Assembly (NCBI GenBank): GCA_030526225.1
Contig: JAUNDF010000040.1
Coordinates: 1-19,153, forward strand
Length of the DNA: 19,153 nt
Origin: Clostridia bacterium
Lineage (GTDB): Bacteria; Bacillota; Clostridia; Christensenellales; Aristaeellaceae
Reading direction: 5' to 3'
Shown: in pieces, positions 1 to 7,145 of the stretch
Numbering within the stretch: the first letter of the stretch is position 1
Layout: each line of letters starts with the position of its first letter
Translations under genes and position numbers: made by a program
Notes under the pieces: generated by a model
Databases searched by the model: none
The model's input: only the letters and a program-made list of their open reading frames with translations
Told to the model about the DNA's origin: nothing

Positions 1-449
1 GGGGCAAGTTCGTTTCCGGCGGCACCGGCGTGATGGGCCCCATCGTGTTCGGCCGTCTGGCTGCCCGCGCTGCCATGAACGGCGAGCCCGCCACCGGCTA
101 CACCCTGACCGCCAGCTGCAATGTCATCACCCCCGAGGTGTTTGAAAAGGTTCAGGCCAAGACCGGCTTTGATGCCTCCGCTGCCCTGAAGGACGGCACC
201 TACACCGCTACCGTGGATGGTCAGGAAGGCCCCATGACCGTGGAAGTGACCGTAGCTGACGGCGCCATCACCGCTGTGGTGGTTGCGGAAAACCACGAGA
301 CCCAGACCATCGCCGCCGCTGCCCTGGAGAAGATTCCCCAGGCTATCGTGGAAGCCGGCAGCCCCGATGTGGATGCCGTTTCCGGCGCAACCCTGACCTC
401 CAACCGCATCATGCAGGCAGTTGCCGATGCACTGGCCGAGGCCAAGTAA
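1..449 (+). CDS. 3' end of a flavoprotein oxidoreductase: the tail of a fumarate-reductase/flavocytochrome-c-like FAD domain plus a C-terminal FMN_bind domain. The 5' end lies outside the window.
   Basis: The frame is open from base 3 to TAA at 447-449. The tail ...GPIVFGRLAARAAMNGE is typical of the end of FAD_binding_2 reductases. It is followed by an FMN_bind-like module (TVDGQEGPMTVEVTVADGAITAV...DAVSGATLTSN) with the SGAT flavinylation-type motif at 381-392. Confidence 0.7.
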   Translation, partial: GKFVSGGTGVMGPIVFGRLAARAAMNGEPATGYTLTASCNVITPEVFEKVQAKTGFDASAALKDGTYTATVDGQEGPMTVEVTVADGAITAVVVAENHETQTIAAAALEKIPQAIVEAGSPDVDAVSGATLTSNRIMQAVADALAEAK

Positions 450-468
450 TCACCCGTTGAGCATTTGT

Positions 469-508
469 GCCCCCAATCCCGAACTCATGGGATTGGGGGC
501 ATTTTTTG
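469..508 (+). terminator. Rho-independent terminator of the upstream oxidoreductase gene
   Basis: Perfect 12-bp stem GCCCCCAATCCC (469-480) / GGGATTGGGGGC (489-500), an 8-nt loop, then ATTTTTTG. Confidence 0.75.
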
Positions 509-531
509 TTTGAAAACTGATTGAAAAACAT

Positions 532-560
532 TTGACAAGTGACCTGAAGTTCACTATAAT
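532..560 (+). promoter_or_regulatory. Consensus SigA-type promoter of the TetR operon
   Basis: TTGACA at 532-537, an exact 17-nt spacer, and TATAAT at 555-560. An A/T-rich stretch lies upstream at 501-531. Confidence 0.65.
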
Positions 561-582
561 CAGAAGTGAACATAAGGTCACT
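538..582. promoter_or_regulatory. Two 18-bp imperfect palindromes, candidate TetR operators
   Basis: Site A is AGTGACCTGAAGTTCACT (538-555), filling the -35/-10 spacer. Site B is AGTGAACATAAGGTCACT (565-582), just downstream of the -10. B matches the reverse complement of A at 16 of 18 positions, and the site centres are 27 bp apart. Confidence 0.5.
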
Positions 583-624
583 ATTTGCCGGTTGATGTGC
601 CGGAGCAAGAGGGGAGAAAGCGCC

Positions 625-1230
625 GTGGCGAAGGACACCAAACAGAGGATTCTGGAGGCTTCCCTGGAGATATTTGCCCGGGACGGCTATGGCGGCACCA
701 ACCTGAAGGACATTGCCGATTCGGTGGGGCTGGTGAAGTCGGGCATTTACAAGCATTTTTCCGGCAAGGAAGAAATCTGGAACGAAGCCATCGACATGAT
801 GGAGCGTTACTATCAGGCGAACATGAAGGCCCGCAGCACGTCCATGAAAATCCCCCAAAGCACCGACGAACTGCGGCAGATGACCATGGGCATGATTAAT
901 TTCACCCTCCATGACGAGAAGGTCATCCTGACAAGAAGAATCCTGACGCAGGAGCAGTTCCGGAGCGAAAAAATCCGGGAACTGGCCAACCGGCACTTTG
1001 TGTATGATCTGGCGGGACTCTTTGCCGGTGTCTTTTCCGCCATGATGGAGCAGGGGACCATCAAGCGGTGCGATGCCCACACGCTGGCTCTTGCGTACAC
1101 GGCACCGGTCTCCGTGCTCATCCGCCTGTGCGACCGCTCCCCGGAAAAGGAAAAAGAAGCCGCGGAGACCATCCGGCGGTTTGTGGAAATGTTTATTGAC
1201 CAATACGGCGTAAAGGAGAATCGGCCATGA
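625..1230 (+). CDS. TetR/AcrR family transcriptional regulator
   Basis: The N-terminal HTH signature KQRILEASLEIFARDGYGGTNLKDIADSVGLVKSGIYKHFSGKEEI is typical of TetR_N. I chose the GTG start at 625 because AGAGGGGAG (609-616) lies upstream. ATG at 595 is an alternative, and the ORF-track TTG at 532 coincides with the -35 box. The stop is TGA at 1228-1230. Confidence 0.85.
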   Translation: MAKDTKQRILEASLEIFARDGYGGTNLKDIADSVGLVKSGIYKHFSGKEEIWNEAIDMMERYYQANMKARSTSMKIPQSTDELRQMTMGMINFTLHDEKVILTRRILTQEQFRSEKIRELANRHFVYDLAGLFAGVFSAMMEQGTIKRCDAHTLALAYTAPVSVLIRLCDRSPEKEKEAAETIRRFVEMFIDQYGVKENRP

Positions 1231-1742
1231 ATGTACAGTATGAAAAGAAGCCGGCCATGACCTTTATCGGCTACCATACGGAAATCAGGCCGGATGAGGG
1301 CTATCAGAAGTGTCCCGAATTCTGGGACAAGGAATACAGCGCCAAATATGCCAGACTGTGGCAGACCATGCAGCCGGAAACGGGCGTGGAAAAGGCGATT
1401 CTGGAAAACGGCATCGGCATGTATGCCATCTGTGCAGAGGCCGAAAACGGTTTCAGCTACTGGATTGCCGGGCTGTATCAGGGCGGTGATGTGCCGGAAG
1501 GGCTGGAGCTGTTTTCCTTCCCGGAAAGCCAGTGGGCCGTGTTTACCGCCAAAGGTCCCATACCCGGCTCCCTGCAGACATTGAATACCGCCGTGTGGCA
1601 GGAATGGTTCCCCGGTGAGGGACAAAAGTACTGCGCCAACGGCAGCGCCACGCTGGAGGTTTATTCCGCCGGCAATCCCCAGTCCCCGGAATATGAATGC
1701 GGCATTTGGGTGCCTGTGCGGGGGCTGGACTGTACCGACTAA
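1227..1742 (+). CDS. GyrI-like / AraC-effector-binding (Cass2-type) small-molecule-binding protein
   Basis: The 171-aa product has a GyrI-like layout (KKPAMTFIGYHTEI..., ...WAVFTAKGPIPGSLQTLNTAVWQEWFP...LEVY). The RBS AAAGGAGA is at 1213-1220. The ATG overlaps the TetR stop (ATGA), indicating translational coupling. The stop is TAA. Confidence 0.75.
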   Translation: MNVQYEKKPAMTFIGYHTEIRPDEGYQKCPEFWDKEYSAKYARLWQTMQPETGVEKAILENGIGMYAICAEAENGFSYWIAGLYQGGDVPEGLELFSFPESQWAVFTAKGPIPGSLQTLNTAVWQEWFPGEGQKYCANGSATLEVYSAGNPQSPEYECGIWVPVRGLDCTD

Positions 1743-1758
1743 CAGGAGATGGAGAACA

Positions 1759-1983
1759 ATGAAAACACTGCGCAGCCTTTCCAATAAGTCCTTTGTCATT
1801 GCTGCTGCGGCGCTGGTGACCGGTGCCGGGACCCATGGCTATCGGCTGCATCCGGAGAACACGGCCCATTATCAGCTGGGTGTCACCGTGGGCGTTGCGG
1901 CGGTCGTGGTGTTCGCCGTGTTTCTGTACGCCGGAATCGTGTGCAGGATTCTGGGCAGCAAGAACTGGAAAAAGGGAATGTGA
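1759..1983 (+). CDS. Small hypothetical membrane protein (74 aa), third gene of the TetR operon
   Basis: ATG at 1759 sits 16 nt after the previous stop, with GGAGATGGAG upstream. There are two hydrophobic segments (FVIAAAALVTGAG and GVTVGVAAVVVFAVFLYAGIV). I recognise no family. Confidence 0.45.
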   Translation: MKTLRSLSNKSFVIAAAALVTGAGTHGYRLHPENTAHYQLGVTVGVAAVVVFAVFLYAGIVCRILGSKNWKKGM

Positions 1984-2069
1984 ACGGAGCGGGGATTCGC
2001 TTAAGCAATCTGCCGCGCTTATCTGAAGAACAGTATATATCCGATGATGCGCAAATCATCAGACAAACC

Positions 2070-2125
2070 AAAACCCCCGCCATCCAATCCGGAATTCAAT
2101 CCGGTGGACGGCGGGGGCGATTTTT
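2070..2125. terminator. Bidirectional intrinsic terminator shared by the convergent small ORF (+) and the glycosyltransferase (-)
   Basis: A long imperfect stem CCCCCGCCATCC...GGACGGCGGGGG (2074-2117) contains an inner CCGGA/TCCGG pairing. It is flanked by an A-run (2070-2073) and a T-run (2121-2125). Confidence 0.6.
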
Positions 2126-3407
2126 ATTCTGCCTGATTGACTGAATCGGCGGAAATCACATGCTCGGTTTTGTCCCAGTTCTGCTGCTGGCGGTACTTGG
2201 CCAGACCGACGAACTGGCAGGCGATGGAGATGGCCATGTTGATGACAAGGCTGTAGAGCATCAGGGGCAGCTTCTTCAGGCTGAGGCTGTGGTCATCCAT
2301 CTTTTCGGCCACATAGAACAGCACCAGATAGCTGTAGATGAACAGCAGGATGCCCGGCAGGATGTCAAACACGCCGGTGGGTCTTGCCTGAAAGCCAAAG
2401 GCGGGGACGAACATCAGCAGCGCCTGGAAGATGGCCTGCAGCACCACAAAGATGTAGGTGAACATGCCCCACATGTAGGAGAAGGTGCCGAGGAATTCCT
2501 TCACGCTCAGCCTGCCGGAGAACAGCGCCTTGAACACCTTGCCGGTGTTGCGGAAGCAAACGAAGGTGTAGCCCTGACTCCAGCGGGTCTTCTGCCGGTA
2601 GGAGGCCATGGCCTTGGTGGGCTTTTCGTCATACACCCGGGTGAAGTGGTTCCACAGGATGCGCTTGCCGGCCAGCGTGGCTTCCACCTGAATCTCAAAG
2701 TCCTCCGTCAGGGACATGGTGGTCCAGCCGCCGCGGTTGTACAGGTATTGGGTGGAGATGGCAAAGCCGGTGCCGCCGATGCAGTTGTTGATGCCCAGAC
2801 GGTAGCGGGCCAGCTGGGTGAAGCGGTTGACAACCACATAGCTGGTGTAGTAGAACCACGCGATGGGGCCCTTCTTGTTCTTGCAGCCCAGATAGCACTG
2901 AATCAGCTCGGGGTGGTTCTTGTCCTGATACTGGCTGTTGACCTCCCGCAGCATGTTGCTGTCCATCACGTTGTCGGCGTCGAAAATCATCATCAGGTCA
3001 TACTTGTTCTGATAATCGCCGATGGCATCCAGCGCCTTTTTCAGGGCGATGGGCTTGCCGGTGGGGCTGTCGGGGGTTTCCTTCCGGGTTTCAATCACGC
3101 CGGCGCCAAGGCTTCTGGCAATCTCGGCGGTGTTGTCGGTGCAGTTATCGGCGATGATGAAGAAATCGTACAGCTCCTTGGGGTAATCCATGGCCTTCAG
3201 GCTGTGGATAATGTCCTTGATGACGGCGGCCTCGTTGTGGGCGGGCACAAGAATCAGGAACTTTGCCTCGGGATCATGCTCGGCGTAGTCACGCTTGGCG
3301 CGTTTGAAGCCGAACAGATTCAGGAACAGCTGATATAACATGGCAAACATCATCCAGACGGAAATGATGCCGGACAGCACCTGGATGATGATTTTCACTA
3401 TCTCCAT
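2124..3407 (-). CDS. Family 2 glycosyltransferase, processive beta-glycan-synthase type (PgaC/IcaA/cellulose-synthase-like), integral membrane
   Basis: The 427-aa product has an N-terminal TM helix, a GT-A core (LVPAHNEAAVI, IIADNCTDNT, MIFDADN, LTEDFE), a Q-x-x-R-W motif (YRQKTRWSQG) and C-terminal TM helices. ATG at 3407 is preceded by GAGGAGGATT (3411-3420). The ORF-track start at 3467 has no RBS. The stop is TAA. Confidence 0.85.
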   Translation of the reverse strand: MEIVKIIIQVLSGIISVWMMFAMLYQLFLNLFGFKRAKRDYAEHDPEAKFLILVPAHNEAAVIKDIIHSLKAMDYPKELYDFFIIADNCTDNTAEIARSLGAGVIETRKETPDSPTGKPIALKKALDAIGDYQNKYDLMMIFDADNVMDSNMLREVNSQYQDKNHPELIQCYLGCKNKKGPIAWFYYTSYVVVNRFTQLARYRLGINNCIGGTGFAISTQYLYNRGGWTTMSLTEDFEIQVEATLAGKRILWNHFTRVYDEKPTKAMASYRQKTRWSQGYTFVCFRNTGKVFKALFSGRLSVKEFLGTFSYMWGMFTYIFVVLQAIFQALLMFVPAFGFQARPTGVFDILPGILLFIYSYLVLFYVAEKMDDHSLSLKKLPLMLYSLVINMAISIACQFVGLAKYRQQQNWDKTEHVISADSVNQAE

Positions 3408-3469
3408 TAAAATCCTCCTCTTGGCATAACAACAGCCGGGCATAAACAGCCCGACTGGCATACACATCC

Positions 3470-3498
3470 ATTTAACAACATAAAGAATGGATTGTCAA
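3470..3498 (-). promoter_or_regulatory. Candidate promoter for the glycosyltransferase gene
   Basis: On the minus strand: TTGACA (3498-3493), a 17-nt spacer, then TTAAAT (3475-3470). Confidence 0.35.
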
Positions 3499-3598
3499 GC
3501 ATTTAATAGGAAAAGACAGGGGAGAGCAGCGCTGCCGGAGACAAAACAGGGTATTTTGCGCCGCTTGAAAAAATGTGAAAAAAACTTCAAAAAGGGGG

Positions 3599-3626
3599 TT
3601 GACAATCTTTGAGAATAGAGTACAAT
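3599..3626 (+). promoter_or_regulatory. Candidate promoter for the C69 dipeptidase gene
   Basis: TTGACA at 3599-3604, a 16-nt spacer, and TACAAT at 3621-3626, about 60 nt upstream of the start codon. Confidence 0.5.
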
Positions 3627-3688
3627 ATGAATCGTACTTCAACACACTAAAGCAATAAACCACTAAATTGTTAAAGGAGATTATGAAC

Positions 3689-5275
3689 ATGAACGTATGG
3701 AAGAAACTGGCCGCTGCCGCATTATCCTGCTCCCTGCTGTTTGGCTCTGTGGGTGCTTCCGCCTGTACCACCATTTACGTGGGCGGCAACCTGACCGAAG
3801 AAGGTACGCCCTTTGTGGCCCGCACATAGGACTATGGCTCTGATATGAACAAGCTGTGGTTCATTTCCGAATCCGGTGCCTTCAAGCAGGGCGACAGCTG
3901 GCGCGGCTGCCCTGCCTACGGTGAATTCGAGTGGACCTTCCGCAAGGACAGCTACCGCTTCACCTACTTCACCAACGACATTTTCAACGGTGCCTGCCCC
4001 GAGTGCGGCGAGGAAAACCCCACCCACTTCTCTTATACCGAGTTCGGCACCAATGAAAAGGGCGTTTCCGTATCCGCCACGGAATCCATCTCCGGCAACG
4101 AGGCGGTCAAGGCCATTGACCCCAACGTGATGACCAAGGTGGACGGCAAGGTGGGCATCGAGGAGACGGACATCCCCACCATCATTCTGGCGGAGGCCGG
4201 TAGCGCTCGTGAGGGCGTGGAGCTGCTGGGCGAAATTTACACTGACTACGGCGCATTCTTCGATTCCGGCCTGTTCATCTGTGACCAGAACGAGACCTGG
4301 TACATCGAAAACTGCTCCGGCACCCAGTACATCGCCCTGAAGCTGAACAACGACCTGCTCTTCATGGAGCCCAACATTTCCGTCATTGGCCTGATTGACC
4401 TGAACGACACCGAAAACGTCATCGCCTCCCCGAAGCTGATTGAGGTTGCACAGCAGGCCGGCACCTTCGTGGGTGATGCGGACAAGAACCTGATTGACTA
4501 CCGCGCCTCCTATGCCAACCTTGGCACCGAGGATGCTCCCCGCGTGGGCGCACCCCGTATGGTGGATGGTCTGGCTTACCTGAATCCCGCCGCTGCCGCC
4601 ACGGAAAGCGAGCTGGCTGCCGACAACACCCTGTTCACCATCAGCAACGTGAAGGACGGCGCCATCGTGCCCCTGTACACCAACATCACCGCTGACCGCA
4701 CCCTCACCAAGAACGATGTGTTCGACTTCTACAAGCTGGACAGCGTGGGCAAGCCCAGCAATCAGGAGATTGAAATCTTCCAGCTCTTTGCCGATCGTCC
4801 TGTGGAAACCGGCACCGTTGGCTGGGTTGGCGTGGGCAACATGGCCTACAACGTGTTCGTTCCCTATTATCCGCTGCTGATGAACGACATCTATGAGGGT
4901 TATCAGGTTTCCACCCCTGTGGTCACCAAAACGCCCATCGCCGATGGCAAGCCCGACGGCTTTGTTACCTATGCCAAGAACCGCAGAACCGGCGATGAAT
5001 ACTATGTGGCTTATCCCGAAAACTGGCGCGATTCCTACTACTTCACCTTTGAGGGACTGGGCGGCTCCATCTTGTATGCAGAGCAGCTGACCGGCGCTCC
5101 CTTCGCCGAGGAAGACAAGCAAACCGTGAAGGAAACCATCGCGGCCCTGCAGAATGAAATCAACGCCGGCTTTGAGACCATCGATCCCAAGGACACCGAT
5201 GCCTTCGGCAAGGAAATGGCCGCCAAGGCACAGCAGACCGCACTGGAGCTGATTGACCGGCTGATTATCAAGTAA
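3689..5275 (+). CDS. Secreted C69-family (PepD-like, Ntn-hydrolase) dipeptidase interrupted by one in-frame TAG at 3827-3829. It is a pseudogene under code 11 unless TAG is read through.
   Basis: RBS AAAGGAGA is at 3673-3680 and ATG at 3689 (ATG at 3683 is also possible). The signal peptide MNVWKKLAAAALSCSLLFGSVGASA is followed by CTTIYVGG (the N-terminal nucleophile Cys of C69), then ...TPFVART-TAG-DYGSD. The same frame then runs into the 476-aa ORF-track entry 3845-5275 (GTNEKGVSVSATES, ILAEAGSAREGVELLGE, ICDQNETWYIENCSG). The stop is TAA. Confidence 0.85.
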
Positions 5276-5295
5276 AACAGAAAGCCAAAAAGAAA

Positions 5296-5332
5296 CCCCG
5301 CGGTACCGGGCTACGGTATCGCGGGGCTTTTG
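5296..5332. terminator. Bidirectional intrinsic terminator between the convergent dipeptidase (+) and mgtC-like (-) genes
   Basis: Stem CCCCGCGGTACCG (5296-5308) / CGGTATCGCGGGG (5314-5326) with one G:U pair. It is preceded by AAAAAGAAA and followed by CTTTTG. Confidence 0.7.
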
Positions 5333-5363
5333 CGTGAATGATAGATGATTGTTGTCAGGTGCC

Positions 5364-6056
5364 TTATGTGTTTCTCGTCCGCACGCCCTGAATGTTGGGG
5401 TGCTCGGAAAGGGCGTTGACGATGTCGGTGTAGGCAAGGTTGCCGGGGAGGGTCAGGGTGTAGATGTTGGTGTACAGGTTCAGCTTGCCCTTGTTTTCCA
5501 CATGGAAGTCGATGTCCAGCACCTTGATGCCCTTTTCCTGAAAAAAGGTGTTGATGAAGGACAGCGTTTCCACCCGGTGGATAAACTTGACCTCCACGCT
5601 TTTGATGGAGTTCACATGCACCACCCGCTGCAGGGCCATCAGGGTGATGAGCACCACACAGCAGCCGGCCAAAGCAATCATATAAAACCCAAGGCCCACG
5701 GCGATGCCCAGACAGCCCACGCACCACAGGGATGCGGCGGTGGTCAGGCCGCCGATTTTCTTTTGGCTGACGAAAATGGTGCCTGCACCCAAAAAGCCGA
5801 TGCCGCTGATGACCTGGGCAATCATGCGGCCCATGCTGACGCCGATGCCGCTGTCGGGGTTGGTCATGTTGGCCTTGGTCACGGCCTATACGATGCAGCA
5901 CTCCACAATGGCAATCATGGCTGCACCCACGCAAACAAGCACATGGGTGCGCATGCCGGCAGGGCGGTTTTTGTATTCGCGCTCAATGCCGATGGCACAG
6001 CCCAGCACCACCGCAAGCACCAGACGAAGAAGAATTTCCCACCATGTCATGGTCAT
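5364..6056 (-). CDS. mgtC: MgtC/SapB family membrane protein interrupted by one in-frame TAG (complement of 5886-5888). It is a pseudogene under code 11 unless TAG is read through.
   Basis: Minus-strand translation from 6056 gives MTMTWWEILLRLVLAVVLGCAIGIEREYKNRPAGMRTHVLVCVGAAMIAIVECCIV-TAG-AVTKANMTNPDSGIGVSMGRMIAQVISGIGFLGAGTIF..., in the same frame as ORF-track entry 5364-5882. The GIERE...AGMRTH and AQVISGIGFLGAG motifs are MgtC hallmarks, and a C-terminal ACT-like soluble domain follows. The start could instead be ATG at 6050, since GGTGGG lies upstream. The stop is TAA. Confidence 0.85.
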
Positions 6057-6094
6057 CCCACCAATCGAAATAAGATTTCCGCATCAGAGGGGGA

Positions 6095-6778
6095 TCAGTC
6101 ATCGGTTTCCACCACGGAGAAGCCCTTGCTGCGGAGCAAATCCACAATGTCTGCATCCAGATGCATGCAGTAGAAGTCCCTGCGCTTTTCAGCCGGAATC
6201 ACGGCCTCCAGCGTTTCATAGTGGCAATGGGAGGGGGAGTGATGGCTGGCTGTATCGTGATAGATGTTCTGAATCTGGCCGGTCAGGAAGGCATCGCGGA
6301 TATCCGCAGGCAATTCGGCGGAGTCGCCGCTGAAATAGAAGCAATCGTCCCCCGCAGAAATCACATAGCCGAAGGTCTTCATGTCATCTGCATGGCGCAC
6401 CGGCACGGGGCGGGCGGTGACGGGGCAATCAGCAGGCAGGGCGGGCAGATAATCGTAGAAGGATTTTGAAATGCCCATGATGCTCAGCAGCTGCACCACC
6501 GTATCCACCGGATGCACCACCTTCACATGCAGGCCCAGCACGATGCTGGTGTAGGACATAAACGAGGCCAGGGAGCCTGCGTGGTCGGCATGCAGATGGG
6601 TCAGGAGGACGTAGATTTGACGGTACTTCTTCAGGTCGATGGTGCGGACCACCTTCTCAAAGGAGCTTTCGCCGAAATCAAGGAAATACAGATCGTTGTC
6701 GTATTCAAACCATGCGTTTGTATTGCCGAAGGCCGGATAGAAGGCCGCGCCTTTGCCGAGGAAATGCAGCTTCATCAC
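6095..6778 (-). CDS. MBL-fold metallo-hydrolase (beta-lactamase-like superfamily)
   Basis: The 227-aa product carries the HxHxDH motif (LLTHLHADHAGS) and downstream His/Asp ligands. The start is GTG at 6778 or ATG at 6775, after AAAGGAG. The stop is TGA, 38 nt upstream of the mgtC-like start, so it is in the same operon. Confidence 0.8.
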   Translation of the reverse strand: MMKLHFLGKGAAFYPAFGNTNAWFEYDNDLYFLDFGESSFEKVVRTIDLKKYRQIYVLLTHLHADHAGSLASFMSYTSIVLGLHVKVVHPVDTVVQLLSIMGISKSFYDYLPALPADCPVTARPVPVRHADDMKTFGYVISAGDDCFYFSGDSAELPADIRDAFLTGQIQNIYHDTASHHSPSHCHYETLEAVIPAEKRRDFYCMHLDADIVDLLRSKGFSVVETDD

Positions 6779-6864
6779 AGTATCACTCCTTTACACCGGC
6801 AGACACGAAGCTGTTCATAAACTGCTTTTGCATCACAAGGAATGCAAGCCATTACCTTTTTCAT
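6775..6864 (-). CDS. Unannotated 29-aa Cys-rich small ORF (MKKVMACIPCDAKAVYEQLRVCRCKGVIL), first cistron of the MBL/MgtC operon
   Basis: It has the best SD in the region: AAGGAGG (complement of 6873-6879), 8 nt before ATG at 6864. Its TGA stop (6777-6775) overlaps the ATG/GTG start of the MBL gene. It lies about 26 nt downstream of a consensus promoter. At under 60 aa it is too short for the ORF track. Confidence 0.4.
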   Translation of the reverse strand: MKKVMACIPCDAKAVYEQLRVCRCKGVIL

Positions 6865-6896
6865 AGAGGTAACCTCCTTGCTTATTTTGTACCTTG

Positions 6897-6925
6897 ATTG
6901 TATCATGCGAAATGAATCGTGTCAA
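6897..6925 (-). promoter_or_regulatory. Near-consensus promoter for the small-ORF/MBL/mgtC operon
   Basis: On the minus strand: TTGACA (6925-6920), a 17-nt spacer, then TACAAT (6902-6897). Confidence 0.6.
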
Positions 6926-7080
6926 TAAAGTTTGCGTAAATTATTTGTGTAAAATGACCGTAAAGTGCGTAAATAATGATAAAACAGGTTGGCAAATTGC
7001 CAGATAATGGATGTTTGCCTGATTTGGAGCCGGACTTCGGATAAAACGAGCCGCCGCATATGGCATTTTTCCAGCTTTTG

Positions 7081-7089
7081 TGGTACAAT
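7081..7089 (+). promoter_or_regulatory. Candidate extended -10 element (TGGTACAAT) for the LacI-fusion gene
   Basis: A TGnTACAAT element lies 57 nt upstream of ATG at 7146. No good -35 is present. Confidence 0.3.
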
Positions 7090-7145
7090 CAAGTATATAG
7101 ATTATCTTTCAGGCATATATACAGCCATCATACAGAGGTGAAAAC

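Noticed and set aside
3472-3774. The 100-aa minus-strand ORF in the GT2/dipeptidase intergenic region, and the 61-aa ORFs at 6903-7088 (-) and 6712-6897 (+).
   Set aside because: They lie across A/T-rich promoter regions or antisense to a signal-peptide-coding segment. They use non-ATG starts without an SD and show no recognisable motifs.
7008-7142. A 44-codon plus-strand ORF (MDVCLIWSRTSDK...) just upstream of the LacI-fusion gene.
   Set aside because: It has no SD and overlaps the predicted -10 element and the RBS of the downstream gene, so it is most likely fortuitous.
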